From positions 45,854 to 109,853 of the forward strand of contig CAZCZB010000001.1 in NCBI GenBank assembly GCA_964502995.1: DNA of 64,000 bases, in the 5' to 3' direction. Position 1 is the first letter of the stretch, and every line of letters starts with the position of its first letter. Below the pieces are notes generated by a model, which saw nothing but the letters and a program-made list of their open reading frames with translations, made no database searches and had not been told where the DNA came from. Made by a program: the position numbers and the translations under genes. Below are positions 1-9,174 of this stretch, piece by piece. This stretch comes from an uncultured Dehalococcoidia bacterium. Lineage in GTDB: Bacteria > Chloroflexota > Dehalococcoidia > Lucifugimonadales > UBA3495.

Positions 1-491
1 AGGTGGACGTCACCGACCTCCGGTGTCGGGTCCTCGTCGAACTCAGCCTCCTCTTGCAGGGAGTCCGCGATGAACTTGTCCAGGTCTTGAAGGGACGCCA
101 CCAGATCCGCGTGAGGCTCGGTGATGTCGTTCAACAGGGCCAGGTAGCCGGAAACGTCGAGCTCTGCCGCCATGGTGATCGCGTCCAGCGAAGCGAGCGC
201 GGCCTTTTCCTGGGTCTCGTCCAAATCCACAACCAGCACCGGAACCTCGGTATGACCCGAGGCGATGGCTTCCTGGGCGCGCAGGTGGCCGTCAATCAGG
301 TGGTCGGATCGCTCGTTGAACAGCAGCGGCGCCAGCCAGCCCAGGTCGTTGATCGCCTGGTGCAGGGCCTGCCGCTGCTTCTGGGGATGCTTGCGGGGAT
401 TCAGCGGGTTCGCCTTGAGGGAGTAGGGATCTCTCCACTCAAGACGAAACGGGAAGGCGCTGGTGTCAGAAGAGTTGCCGGTTGATGTCAT
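1..491 (-). CDS. ParB-like nuclease (ParBc) domain protein, N-terminal part; C-terminus lies beyond position 1
   Basis: Not in ORF track (no stop in window). My translation from ATG 491..489: MTSTGNSSDTSAFPFRLEWRDPYSLKANPLNPRKHPQKQRQALHQAINDLGWLAPLLFNERSDHLIDGHLRAQEAIASGHTEVPVLVVDLDE... NPRKH and DGHLR patterns fit the ParB N-terminal fold, which is often fused to phage methylases. Confidence 0.6.
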   Translation of the reverse strand, partial: MTSTGNSSDTSAFPFRLEWRDPYSLKANPLNPRKHPQKQRQALHQAINDLGWLAPLLFNERSDHLIDGHLRAQEAIASGHTEVPVLVVDLDETQEKAALASLDAITMAAELDVSGYLALLNDITEPHADLVASLQDLDKFIADSLQEEAEFDEDPTPEVGDVH

Positions 492-1116
492 CGCCACTCT
501 CGTTCCATGAGGAGCTGTACCGCCAGGGAACACCATCGGGGATGCCCAGGACCTCCGCCTCCAACTCGCCGTCCAGGGGCTGGAAAGCGTCCGTGTGCGG
601 GTGAACGTCCATGCAGTTCTCGACCCAATGCTGGGAACCGCGACCCATCCGTCGGCCCCTGGGAGTGTGCATGTCCAGAGCGTTGTCCGGGATGTCGTAC
701 CGCTCCTTCTGATGATAGACGGCCCACACCAGGTTATCGCAGATGCGAGTCTTGGGGGCGGAGCACATCGCAAGGATAGCATGGGCGAGGAACAATCGCC
801 AACTGTCGTTTTTGCGGGACTTGGCCGAGCTGTAATTCTCGGCCAGCGTCGGCAGCAGGATCGCCACCGCGTTGCCTTCCGGCGTTGGGCCGATGTCCTC
901 GGAGGCGATGACCCTGAGACGGTTCCACAGGTAGGTGGCCTCCTTGGATCCGGTAGCTTCGATCTCGGCCGCCCAGTAAAGGGCCTGGCGGGGATCGCCG
1001 GCCCTGATGGTCTTCTGGAGTGCCGACACGCACTCGCCGAAATCGTAGTCGCCAGGGGTGCGCTGCCGGAACATATTGAAGCTCCCCTGCCTTCTTCTGC
1101 CAGATGCTGAGGTCAT
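466..1116 (-). CDS. stand-alone RarA/MgsA C-terminal-like protein (helical lid + MgsA_C), no ATPase module
   Basis: 216 aa. ALQKTIRAGDPRQALYWAAEI, RVIASEDIGPT, ILAMCSAPKTR and IPDNALDMHTPRG resemble the C-terminal half of RarA/MgsA. No Walker motifs. RBS AAGGAG upstream of ATG 1116. Confidence 0.6.
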   Translation of the reverse strand: MTSASGRRRQGSFNMFRQRTPGDYDFGECVSALQKTIRAGDPRQALYWAAEIEATGSKEATYLWNRLRVIASEDIGPTPEGNAVAILLPTLAENYSSAKSRKNDSWRLFLAHAILAMCSAPKTRICDNLVWAVYHQKERYDIPDNALDMHTPRGRRMGRGSQHWVENCMDVHPHTDAFQPLDGELEAEVLGIPDGVPWRYSSSWNESGDDINRQLF

Positions 1117-1144
1117 ACAATCAACTCCTTATCTTGATACTCAT

Positions 1145-1173
1145 ATTCTAGCAGAACAGGGAGTTGCAAGCCA
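1145..1173 (-). promoter_or_regulatory. candidate promoter, extended -10 TGCTAGAAT
   Basis: Minus strand reads TGGCTT-N17-TAGAAT with TGC directly upstream of the -10. It sits ~30 nt upstream of the RBS of the 466..1116 gene. The -35 is weak. Confidence 0.35.
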
Positions 1174-1178
1174 GACAT

Positions 1179-1640
1179 TTACGCGGAGGCGGGGATTGAC
1201 CCGTCCAGTTCGTGGCGGCTTGGGAACGCATCTATGGACACATGATTCCTTGGTGCGGGGATGGTCTGCCATCCCGGTTCGATCATGCCACCCACGACCG
1301 GCTCCATGTCGTAGAGGTGCCGGTTGGCCAGGGCCTCGCGTCCAGCGTCGGTAATCCATACCGGGGCGGCGTAGCGTTCGTCAGACCACTCGCCTATCTC
1401 CGTCCAGTCCGGGTGCCGGTTCAGCCAGTTGACCAGTTCGTTTGCGTCTGGAATCCCGCACACCTTCAAGTCGGCCGGCCGATCTCCTTTGTGCCTTCCT
1501 GCTTTGTCCCACCAGCAGATATAGAGCGGATTATGTTCCACAATCCGCTCCAGTGTCTCCCACTGGAGGTCGCGGATGTAGCGGGCACGCTCCCGGTGCC
1601 AGGGTTCATCCAGTAACTTGGGTTCGCGTTTCGTAGTCAT
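1179..1640 (-). CDS. hypothetical phage protein
   Basis: 153-aa ORF tightly packed between neighbouring minus-strand genes. No recognisable motif. Confidence 0.55.
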   Translation of the reverse strand: MTTKREPKLLDEPWHRERARYIRDLQWETLERIVEHNPLYICWWDKAGRHKGDRPADLKVCGIPDANELVNWLNRHPDWTEIGEWSDERYAAPVWITDAGREALANRHLYDMEPVVGGMIEPGWQTIPAPRNHVSIDAFPSRHELDGSIPASA

Positions 1641-1662
1641 CGTGTCCTATCTCCTTGTCGGC

Positions 1663-2334
1663 CTACAGCCCCATGCTCAGGGACAGGCGCAGCGGGTCAA
1701 ACACCTCGTAGGCTTGATCCGTGCCGCGGAGTCCGTGCCCCAACGCCTTGCCGTGGAGCTGGTCGTTCCATTTCATCCCGCCGTACTTCTTCCATTCGGT
1801 GAAGTGGGCGTTGAGCGCGGCGAACTTCAACTGCATGGCCTCCGGTGAAACGGGCCACGACACCGCCCCGTGGAAGGGATGTCCGGGCATACGCGCCGCG
1901 CTGATCGGCTCCCACAGCAGGATGTTGGGCATGTACCGGGTCGCGCTGATCACCGCCATGGCCGTGGCGCGATGGTCCTGGTGGCTGTCCGACGGCGAAT
2001 GCGTCAACACCAGGTCCGGCTGGAACTCGATGATCTCCTGCTCGACGGGGATCACGGCGTCCTTGCCCCAGGGAACATCCATGTTCTCCAGAAACAGGAC
2101 GGCCAGGTTGTCGGCGCCTACCCCGATTACGTCCGCGGCCTTGCGTCCTTCCTCCCAACACACCTCGTCGCTACGGTGGTGCGTGCCTTCGAGATTGCGG
2201 TATCCGGACAGTGTCATTGACACCATCCGGACCTCGTGCCCTCGCAACACCATGTCGGCTACGAAACCTCCGGCGCCGATTTCAATATCGTCCAAGTGGG
2301 CCCCCACGGCCATGATCTTCATTGCCGCCTCCAT
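1663..2334 (-). CDS. PIG-L/LmbE-family N-acetyl-sugar deacetylase-like protein
   Basis: 223 aa. N-terminal MAVGAHLDDIEIGAGG (AHPDD-type motif) and THSPSDSHQDHRAT (HxDH zinc motif) are characteristic of the PIG-L family. Confidence 0.8.
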   Translation of the reverse strand: MEAAMKIMAVGAHLDDIEIGAGGFVADMVLRGHEVRMVSMTLSGYRNLEGTHHRSDEVCWEEGRKAADVIGVGADNLAVLFLENMDVPWGKDAVIPVEQEIIEFQPDLVLTHSPSDSHQDHRATAMAVISATRYMPNILLWEPISAARMPGHPFHGAVSWPVSPEAMQLKFAALNAHFTEWKKYGGMKWNDQLHGKALGHGLRGTDQAYEVFDPLRLSLSMGL

Positions 2335-2356
2335 AGCTTACGTTCGGGCGCCCAAT

Positions 2357-3325
2357 TTACACATCGTCTGCCGCCGTGTCCACAGCCGCCGTGTCAGCCG
2401 GCAGGTGGGCGATGCGTCGCACGCGGAGCGAGTTCCTGACCTGGTAGAGGCCCTTGATAACCTCGTCGATCTGGGACTCGACCAGGCTGGGGTTCGCCAA
2501 CCCCTGCGCGAAGGCTCCGGGCGATTCCTTGTCCATCGCCTGCAACTTGTCCAGAGTCGAGCAGATGCTCTTGAACGCCCCCTCGAAGCTCGTAACCGCC
2601 TCGCGCTGGGCCTCGGTCAGCAGCCCCTCAGTGAACAGGGCCGTTTCCTCGGAGTTCTCCTCCTCATGGACCCGGTTGCACAGCAGCTCGACCTCGCGGG
2701 TCGTCAGGTTGGACCGGTTCATCGCCGCCAACACCCGACCCTGGCCGCTGGGCGACAGCTTGGACATGAAGATGGCCGACATCGGGTTGACCTCGCCCTT
2801 CGACACCATTTGCAGGACGTCTTCCCGAGCATCCAGGAGCTTGATGAACCAGTTGATGTTGCCGGCAGTGGTGCCGACCGATTCGCCGATCTCCTTGGCT
2901 GTGTAATCCTCGTCCAGCATCTTCTGGTAGGCGCGGGCCTTCTCGACCGGGTCGAGGTCCACCCGCACGATGTTTTCCAGCAGCTGGAGCTTGGCCGTTT
3001 CCTGGGCGGTGAGGTCCTTGCGGATGATGGCGGGGATGGTCTCCCAGCCGAGCAGACCGGCGGCTCGCCACCGGCGCTCACCGGCGATGATGATGTAGCG
3101 CTTGTTGCGCGTGGTGCTGTTCTCCTCGTCGGGCCGGATGCTGATGGGCTGGAGCAGGCCGTTGCTGGCCAGGCTCGCCGACAGTTCCTTGAGCGCCGCG
3201 TCGTCGAAGGTCTTGCGGGGCTGATCCGGGTCCGGCGTGATGGAATCGTGCCGGACGCTGATGACGTTGCCGACTACGACGTTGGTGGTCGGCTTGGCCC
3301 TGGTCGATTTCTGCGCGGTGGTCAT
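2357..3325 (-). CDS. parB: ParB/Spo0J-type partition or DNA-binding protein
   Basis: 322 aa. LLQPISIRP, IIAGERRWRAAGLLGWETIPAII, QLLENIVRVDLDPVEKARAY and an HTH (YTAKEIGESVGTTAGNINWFIKLL) match ParB box I/II. Confidence 0.85.
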   Translation of the reverse strand: MTTAQKSTRAKPTTNVVVGNVISVRHDSITPDPDQPRKTFDDAALKELSASLASNGLLQPISIRPDEENSTTRNKRYIIIAGERRWRAAGLLGWETIPAIIRKDLTAQETAKLQLLENIVRVDLDPVEKARAYQKMLDEDYTAKEIGESVGTTAGNINWFIKLLDAREDVLQMVSKGEVNPMSAIFMSKLSPSGQGRVLAAMNRSNLTTREVELLCNRVHEEENSEETALFTEGLLTEAQREAVTSFEGAFKSICSTLDKLQAMDKESPGAFAQGLANPSLVESQIDEVIKGLYQVRNSLRVRRIAHLPADTAAVDTAADDV

Positions 3326-3343
3326 GGTGTACTCTCCTTTTTT

Positions 3344-3371
3344 GCGGGCTTGCGGTGTAGGTGATGCCCGC
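3344..3371 (-). promoter_or_regulatory. 5' leader hairpin GCGGGC-(..CCUACAC..)-GCCCGC directly upstream of SD of parB-like gene
   Basis: Minus strand: GCGGGCAUCACCUACACCGCAAGCCCGC AAAAAAGGAGAG..AUG(3325). Same architecture as the 3' products of the hammerhead elements. Confidence 0.55.
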
Positions 3372-3384
3372 TTTTCGTAGTCGT

Positions 3385-3413
3385 ATTCTGGCAGAATAAC
3401 TATCTATTGTAAA
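3385..3413 (-). promoter_or_regulatory. candidate promoter TTTACA-N17-CAGAAT (TGC extended -10)
   Basis: Minus strand: CCCTTTACAATAGATAGTTATTCTGCCAGAATACG. Shares the cccTTTAC -35 and TGC-NAGAAT layout with the promoters at 22467-22495, 10135-10162 and 18145-18172. Confidence 0.4.
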
Positions 3414-3552
3414 GGGTTTTAGTCGGGATATTCCGAAATTCCTACGGGAGATTTCCCAGAACGACGGTTTCAGTAATCCGGGGCAAGGTAGCCAAACCTG
3501 ACCGCTCGCAATACAATGGCGGCAGCCGGATTTGCTCTCCTTTTCCGGCGCC

Positions 3553-3586
3553 GTTGCAGCCAGGGAGTGTAGGCCCGGGCTGCAAC
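3553..3586 (-). other. 9-bp hairpin with CCUACAC in the loop, just after the radC-like stop
   Basis: GUUGCAGCC-cgggCCUACACucccu-GGCUGCAAC on the minus strand, followed by AAAAGGAGAG but no obvious ORF. Confidence 0.4.
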
Positions 3587-3602
3587 CCTTCGTCCAGCCA
3601 AA

Positions 3603-4118
3603 TCAGAACCCCAGACCCTTTTCCTTGTGGCTGACGAAGCGGCCGGCGCCGATGACGACGTGATCCAGCACCTCGATGTCCAGCAGCTTGCCGGCCTGCA
3701 ACAGGTCACGGGTCACCGCAACGTCCTCAGGGCTGGGTGTCGGATCACCTGACGGGTGATTGTGGGCGATAATGATGCTGGGAGCGTTTTCAATCACGGC
3801 CGTGCGGAAGACTTCTGCCGGCCGGACTGCCGATGAGTTAACAGTGCCCTGATAGATGACCCGCTGGCCTACCACCTTGTTGCGGGTGTTCAGCAGCAGC
3901 ACCCGGAGCTGTTCCTGGGTCAAGGACTGCATCTCCGGCGCCAGCAGGTTGTAGATGTCCTGGGGACAGTTGATGGTGGTCAGTCCGTCCGGCCCGTCCG
4001 TTGGGGCCGACACCTGGTAGCGCAGGGACAGCTCGCGGAGCAGGTTCATGTTGTCGCGCAAGGTGTCCAACAGCGTCGCTTCGATTGGCGTAGCGTCCGT
4101 TGTGGTGGTCGACGTCAT
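3603..4118 (-). CDS. RadC-like JAB/MPN domain protein
   Basis: 171 aa. IIIAHNHPSGDPTPSPEDVAVTRDL carries the HxHPSG...S..D JAMM motif typical of RadC. Confidence 0.85.
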   Translation of the reverse strand: MTSTTTTDATPIEATLLDTLRDNMNLLRELSLRYQVSAPTDGPDGLTTINCPQDIYNLLAPEMQSLTQEQLRVLLLNTRNKVVGQRVIYQGTVNSSAVRPAEVFRTAVIENAPSIIIAHNHPSGDPTPSPEDVAVTRDLLQAGKLLDIEVLDHVVIGAGRFVSHKEKGLGF

Positions 4119-4146
4119 AGCGGCTCTCCTTTGGTGAATGCGGCCG

Positions 4147-4163
4147 GCGCGGTGTAGGCGCGC
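4147..4163 (-). promoter_or_regulatory. leader hairpin GCGCG-CCUACAC-CGCGC upstream of radC-like SD
   Basis: Perfect 5-bp stem with a 7-nt loop CCUACAC on the minus strand, 34 nt upstream of ATG 4118. AAAGGAGAG SD follows. Confidence 0.5.
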
Positions 4164-4226
4164 GAGTCAGCCGCTGCTACTGGTCTTGCGGGTTGGGCGG
4201 TGCCGAGGTTCGCCTTGCCGATGGGA

Positions 4227-4442
4227 CTAAACGACCCGCTGGAGCCGGCGCTCCATGAGCGCCCAGAACTTCGACTCGTCAGCAGCTTTGTTGGCCTCCG
4301 ACCACGCGGCGGACGTGTTCACGCTCTTGGCTCGATCAGTGAGATTTTTCTCTGTGTTGAACGCCAACGTCTTGCTCCGCACAACGTCCGCGACCGTCAT
4401 GTTGTCCTCGATCCAACGAATCATGTTGCTGATAGTGGCCAT
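4227..4442 (-). CDS. small hypothetical protein (71 aa)
   Basis: Starts at internal ATG 4442 (MATISNMIRWIEDN...), preceded by GCAAGGAGAUC from the hammerhead-a leader. The longer track ORF (to 4640) would run through the ribozyme. Confidence 0.55.
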   Translation of the reverse strand: MATISNMIRWIEDNMTVADVVRSKTLAFNTEKNLTDRAKSVNTSAAWSEANKAADESKFWALMERRLQRVV

Positions 4443-4475
4443 CGTGTGATCTCCTTGCGGGGCAGGTGTAGGAAT

Positions 4476-4528
4476 CCCGCGACCCGCCGGCTGGCGGGTT
4501 TCGCCGTCGCTACGGCTCATCAGGCGGG
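4476..4528 (-). ncRNA. hammerhead ribozyme, type I (copy a)
   Basis: Minus strand: CCCGC CUGAUGA GCCGU-AGCG-ACGGC GAA A-CCCGCC-AGCC-GGCGGG-U C^GCGGG. Full catalytic core. Predicted cleavage between 4481 and 4480. Confidence 0.85.
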
Positions 4529-4738
4529 CTGGCTGCAATGTTGGGTGTTGAAGCCGTGTACCTGGCACCAATCCCTTACCGGCGTACCGGTGGAGCTTTG
4601 GCACGGAACCTGCGGAGTCCCGAGGTTGGCCTTCCAGCACTTGGGGCAGTCCTGCTGGCTCCAGTACTCGACCGTCTTCGGCAGCGCTTTGCCCAGGGAC
4701 TCCCGAGCGCGGTCGATGAGGACCTGGGGCGCCCGCAT
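4520..4738 (-). CDS. small Cys-containing protein, probably 5'-truncated
   Basis: 72 aa from ATG 4738, ending ...HGFNTQHCSQPA with its UGA inside the hammerhead core. The frame stays open and protein-like up to 4876 (..FKKKYETILDLDYLEG M..) with no ATG, GTG or TTG. Confidence 0.5.
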   Translation of the reverse strand: MRAPQVLIDRARESLGKALPKTVEYWSQQDCPKCWKANLGTPQVPCQSSTGTPVRDWCQVHGFNTQHCSQPA

Positions 4739-5011
4739 CCCCTCCAGATAGTCCAGGTCGAGGATGGTCTCGTACTTCTTCTTGAACGGGGAGGAAATTT
4801 CGCTACTCCGGATCAGATGGACCAGTAGCTGAAAGCCGCCAATCCCGTGACGAATTGCGTCTCGGTGTTTCTGGAGTCAGCCGGCCTTTGGGAGTGAGCA
4901 AATCCTAGGCAGACCAGCACCGTGCAAAGTCGCGGAAATCAGGCAACTAAAGCAGGGAACTCCGGTACCTAGGAGTTTTCGTCGAAATTGGACTCGTGGT
5001 GACCACAATCG

Positions 5012-7480
5012 CTAGGTCACCAACTTGTCCCCCAAATGCCCCCGCAAAGAATCTGTGGCATCTTGAGCGTCCCACTTCAAACGAATAATTTTCTCCACGT
5101 CGTCGCTGATATGGGACACCTCATTGCGGTCGTCATGAACAGGTAACACTAGATCTCGCCACCGGTCTGCGAGATTGGGCAGAGTGGTGTCGGTAAATAC
5201 GTGCCCGCTCATTTGCGCCTGGACGAACTCTGAAGACAGCAACGCCAGCAAGTAAAACGGAGTGATGCCATGCCGGTTTTGAACATTGACGACTCGTATG
5301 GTCAGCAGTTCCCGAGTTAGCAGGACATTTTTGTCCCTGCTGGATGCCATTGCCACGGTTCCTATCCTGTAGCTTCCACGCCTCACCATGATGATGTCGC
5401 CTTCTTCCGGTAGGCGCTTGTTTTTGGTCATTCTGCAGAACGTATCAATAGGCACCAAGGACACCGGATTGCGGTACATCTCCCAATTCACGATGTCCTT
5501 CACCCGAATGTAGGGGATAGTCCCTTGTCCCTTAGCAGTCGCGGGCGGAGACCCGTGACCATCCCAGCACTGGATGACTCCTTTTTCTTCCAGTTGCCCC
5601 AAGGTGATCCCGGTCCGACCTGTCGGGACATTGACTGGTCGGGCTTTTTTCGAGAGGTAGTACGACGGAACCAACGCGTTGCGGTCAACGTCAGAGTAAG
5701 GGACCGTAAACGTGAACTGGTTACCAGGGTCACCCGGGTTGTGAAGTTCGCCCTTGACGACGGCGATGTCATCCCATATCTCGGCTGTTCCAGTCCTGTA
5801 CAAAGTTTTGCCGTTATGGTCATGCCCCATCTCTTCTGGCACTGCCATGACGATGGTGTCTTGCTGAGGCACGCCTTTCTCCAGCACCAACAGGCAGGTC
5901 TTGGCATTGCAGTAGGGCCGGAACGTGTTGTGTGGTAGCTGGACAACCGCTTTGAGGTTGTTGTTTTTCATAATGAATTGGCGGAGGTAGCCGAGCTGCT
6001 GACCGTGAAGCACTGTTTCAGGCAACACGATTGCCAGCGTACCTTCGTCCAGTAGCATGTCCAAGCATCGCTCAACGAACAGAACGTAAGGGTCTCGGGC
6101 GATTACCGACCGGGTCATCTGGTATTCACCACTCTGCTTTTCCAACTTCCACTTGTGCCCGAGTTCGAAATTCGCACAATCAGACGTGAGGACCTTAGTC
6201 TTTGTCCCAAATGGCGGGTTTGTCAGCACGAAGTTGAACCGCCGGAAATTGTTTCCAACGACGAACTTGGCTTTGGCTGGGTCCGTGAAATGATCAGCCT
6301 CGTGTAGCGAATTGTCGTGGACGACGTTGCTTTTGCCGTCGCCGGCAATGGACATGTGCGCTTTCGCGATTTTCACGAGATCCGATTCTTTGTCGATCCC
6401 GAACAAGGTACGTGCCGCCATGGATTTCTTGATACCTTCGAGTTGGGCTGAGCCCTTGTACCTAGGATCCTGATCCATTTCCCGCCAAATATGGTGCATC
6501 GCCTGAATGAGAAATCCACCAGACCCACAAGCTGGATCACATACCGTCTCGTTAGGTTTAGGTGCAGCGATCTCGACAGCCAACTCCACTACGTTCCTTG
6601 GCGTAAAGAATTCTCCTTTTTCGCCAACGAGACGCGACTCAGCGAAAACTTCAAAAGCGTCCCCCACAACATCGGTATCAGTGGACAGCAGGCTGCCTCT
6701 CTCGAGTTGACCCACGACCCAAGCGGTCGAACGTGCGTCCAGCGTGACTGTATCACCCTCCAGGAACACTCCGTCGCTCTGCAGGTCCTCCTTCACGCGT
6801 TCGAACAGACCGTCGATTCTCTGTTTTACATCTTCGGGGTCCTCACCAAACTGGACGCGAAAATCTGGCGGAAGACTCAAAAAACTCTTCTCATCTTCGA
6901 TCTTGCAAAAGATCAATTTGATCATTTCAGCGCCGAGCTTTTCGCGGCGACTGATGTTCGTGTTCGCATACAGATTATTCAGGATGCGGCGAAAAGCAGT
7001 GATGAGGTCGGCACGCTGGAATGGTGCCAACTCCGACTTTTTGATACGTCCAATGTCAGCAATCGTTTGTCCACGGGCAGGGATGTTGTAAAGGGAACCT
7101 TCCAACACCGCATTCTGGCTGACGTCCTTGAACAGGTACTCAATGTCGTTCCCGTTCGTCCAGACTGCCCAGACGGCCGATGTGGCGGTCATATACGATT
7201 TGAGCTGAGCTATCCCGTCGTCCCGCTCTGGCCTTTTGGTTTCGACAATTCCCCACACGTCCCGGGCAGGGTCACGCCCCGAGGCTGGCCTGTAGACCAC
7301 GATGTCAGCCTTGTCGGCGAAATAGCCTGATCCACGAGGAATCTGCACCTCAATGTCCAGTTCGCTCTTGCGATAGCCATAACTCTCGATCAGCACGCGC
7401 TCGTAATCTTGGCGCACCCGTTCTTCAGGCTTCGACAGGTCAATGGACTTGCCCGTCGCAAAGTCTTTCGATTTCGCCAT
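5012..7480 (-). CDS. single-chain type IIG-like restriction-modification enzyme (PD-(D/E)xK HSDR_N-like nuclease + N6-adenine methylase + target-recognition region)
   Basis: Motif I DPACGSGGFL and motif IV LTNPPFG. N-terminus YGYRKSELDIEVQIPRGSGYFADKADIVVY...GIVETKRP resembles the type I R-subunit N-terminal nuclease fold. Start placed at ATG 7480 (MAKSKDF); the track ORF extends to 7666. Confidence 0.8.
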   Translation of the reverse strand: MAKSKDFATGKSIDLSKPEERVRQDYERVLIESYGYRKSELDIEVQIPRGSGYFADKADIVVYRPASGRDPARDVWGIVETKRPERDDGIAQLKSYMTATSAVWAVWTNGNDIEYLFKDVSQNAVLEGSLYNIPARGQTIADIGRIKKSELAPFQRADLITAFRRILNNLYANTNISRREKLGAEMIKLIFCKIEDEKSFLSLPPDFRVQFGEDPEDVKQRIDGLFERVKEDLQSDGVFLEGDTVTLDARSTAWVVGQLERGSLLSTDTDVVGDAFEVFAESRLVGEKGEFFTPRNVVELAVEIAAPKPNETVCDPACGSGGFLIQAMHHIWREMDQDPRYKGSAQLEGIKKSMAARTLFGIDKESDLVKIAKAHMSIAGDGKSNVVHDNSLHEADHFTDPAKAKFVVGNNFRRFNFVLTNPPFGTKTKVLTSDCANFELGHKWKLEKQSGEYQMTRSVIARDPYVLFVERCLDMLLDEGTLAIVLPETVLHGQQLGYLRQFIMKNNNLKAVVQLPHNTFRPYCNAKTCLLVLEKGVPQQDTIVMAVPEEMGHDHNGKTLYRTGTAEIWDDIAVVKGELHNPGDPGNQFTFTVPYSDVDRNALVPSYYLSKKARPVNVPTGRTGITLGQLEEKGVIQCWDGHGSPPATAKGQGTIPYIRVKDIVNWEMYRNPVSLVPIDTFCRMTKNKRLPEEGDIIMVRRGSYRIGTVAMASSRDKNVLLTRELLTIRVVNVQNRHGITPFYLLALLSSEFVQAQMSGHVFTDTTLPNLADRWRDLVLPVHDDRNEVSHISDDVEKIIRLKWDAQDATDSLRGHLGDKLVT

Positions 7481-7686
7481 GATGCCACCCCCAACGCCGT
7501 CGACGTCGACAGCTCGTGGTTTCGCAGCAAGACCGAACCGCCTGCAGGCGCTGACAGTCCGTACCATGCGATGTGATGTTATCACAAAACTCTCGGCCCT
7601 TTGATGCAGACGAACGCTCCTACCGGGGTAGCGGGAGAAACAATAGAGTTCGTCCTCGTCGGCCAATCGGCGTTAATGTGCTTCAC

Positions 7687-9174
7687 CTACGCCGCCTGTT
7701 GAGCGGCGTTGAGTTCGTGGAGCACCAGCGCCGCCACGACGCCCGGCTCAACGCTCTGCTCTTCCCGACGCTTGGAACCTTTGGCAGGCGGCATCCTGAT
7801 CCTCATGTGCCGCATGTGGACGTAGTCGTCGGCCTTCAGGTGGGCCAGCGCCGTGGCCAAGTAGGTCAGCGTCGCCATCGCCACGTGCAGCGACACCTTC
7901 TGGATGTTCAGGTAGCGGTGGGTGTCCAGCAGCCTGCTGTGCTTGGCACTGCTGAAGTGCCGCTCGATGATCGGCCGCTTCTTGTACTCGGCCTTCCATT
8001 CGTCCGAACAGCGGGGCAGCAGGCCCACAATCCGCAACAGCCGACCCTCGGTCTTCTCGTAGTGGGCGTAATCGCAATGCCTCGTAAACTGCACGCTGTC
8101 CTTCAGGTGGCAACCCTCGGCGGGACACCCGAACAGGTGCCCCTGCTCTGGATCAGTCTCGACGTACTCCATGGACTTACCGCCCACGCAGGTCGGCCGG
8201 CCATCAGCGTCATAAATGCCGTCGTACCGCCGCTCGCCGGTTTCCTTGTCCTTCTCGGGCAGCCGGACCGCGATCACTGGCATCATGCCCACGTCGATGA
8301 CGTGCCGGATGTTGTCCAATTTGTCGTAGCCCTTGTCGCCCAGGAAGTAGTGCGGCCTCAGTTCGGGGTACAGGACCAAGCAGTCATCAAGGTCCTCGAC
8401 CATCACCGCCACGTCGCTGGCGTTGGCTGGACGGGTCCTGGCGAACATCGGCAATCCGTAGTTGGAGTCTGCGACGACATCAATCGAGTAGCCGAAGTAC
8501 AGCTCGTCCTTGCTGTCCTTCTGGCCCGACTCCGCGCTGTCGCCTTTGGGCTTGGACTTGCTCTTCTTGGAATTGCGGCCTTTGCGTCCCTTGCTGGAGC
8601 GGGCATTCTTGGCGGTGCGGTGTCCCCACTTGGCGTCCGTATCCTTGGACGGTATCTCGTCACCCGTCTTCCGGCTCTTGCGACTTGGCCGTGCCCACGC
8701 CTCAACGTCGGTGCTGTCGATGACCAGCGAGTGTCCCAGCGGCGGCTTATCGGCAGGGACGATGCCGGCTTCGCGCAGCCGTTCGATCTCGCCTCGGCAT
8801 TCAAGGAACACTTCGGCGATGATGGGATCGAAGGTGTCTCGATGCGCGGCCAGTTTCTTCTTGAATCGGCTGTAGGCCCCTTCACTGGGGGCGCATTCGA
8901 GGTCGCAGATGCCCAGCAGGCGGTCGTCGCTGCCCAAGCGGTTCAGGAAGCCGTTGGCGTAGCGCTCATTGAGCGCGAACTGCATCACGAAAGCAGCCAG
9001 CATGGGCAAAGCTGTGTAGCCTGGGTTTCCGCCGCGCTCGTGGGGCGCGTCCAAGGTCTCCGCCAGAGGGCCGGCACGGGATACTACACCCCCAACCACG
9101 CCTTCGAGGAAGCCGTAGCCGCTCTTGGGGGGTTGTTTAGGTAATGGTGTATGCTTAAAATAGCAGTCGCCCAC
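7687..9174 (-). CDS. IS4/IS5-superfamily DDE transposase (DUF772-like N-terminus)
   Basis: 495 aa. GNPGYTALPMLAAFVMQFALNERYANGFL resembles the DUF772 N-terminus. FLGDKGYD and YKKRPIIERHFSSAKH give the Y-2-R-3-E-6-K signature. I could not define the IS ends by eye. Confidence 0.85.
   Translation of the reverse strand: MGDCYFKHTPLPKQPPKSGYGFLEGVVGGVVSRAGPLAETLDAPHERGGNPGYTALPMLAAFVMQFALNERYANGFLNRLGSDDRLLGICDLECAPSEGAYSRFKKKLAAHRDTFDPIIAEVFLECRGEIERLREAGIVPADKPPLGHSLVIDSTDVEAWARPSRKSRKTGDEIPSKDTDAKWGHRTAKNARSSKGRKGRNSKKSKSKPKGDSAESGQKDSKDELYFGYSIDVVADSNYGLPMFARTRPANASDVAVMVEDLDDCLVLYPELRPHYFLGDKGYDKLDNIRHVIDVGMMPVIAVRLPEKDKETGERRYDGIYDADGRPTCVGGKSMEYVETDPEQGHLFGCPAEGCHLKDSVQFTRHCDYAHYEKTEGRLLRIVGLLPRCSDEWKAEYKKRPIIERHFSSAKHSRLLDTHRYLNIQKVSLHVAMATLTYLATALAHLKADDYVHMRHMRIRMPPAKGSKRREEQSVEPGVVAALVLHELNAAQQAA

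Noticed and set aside
1721-3364. Very long plus-strand ORFs antisense to annotated genes. Examples: 1721..3364, 7573..9144, 12484..14013, 16203..17099, 17218..18129, 25068..26333, 33743..35023, 43677..45224, 46370..47665, 56654..57769 and 61678..63366.
   Set aside because: Their translations are Arg/Gly/Pro/Ala-rich low-complexity sequence with no motifs. The opposite strand encodes recognisable proteins (ParB, transposase, TnpB, DnaN, methylases, aminotransferase). Open antisense frames are expected at this GC content.
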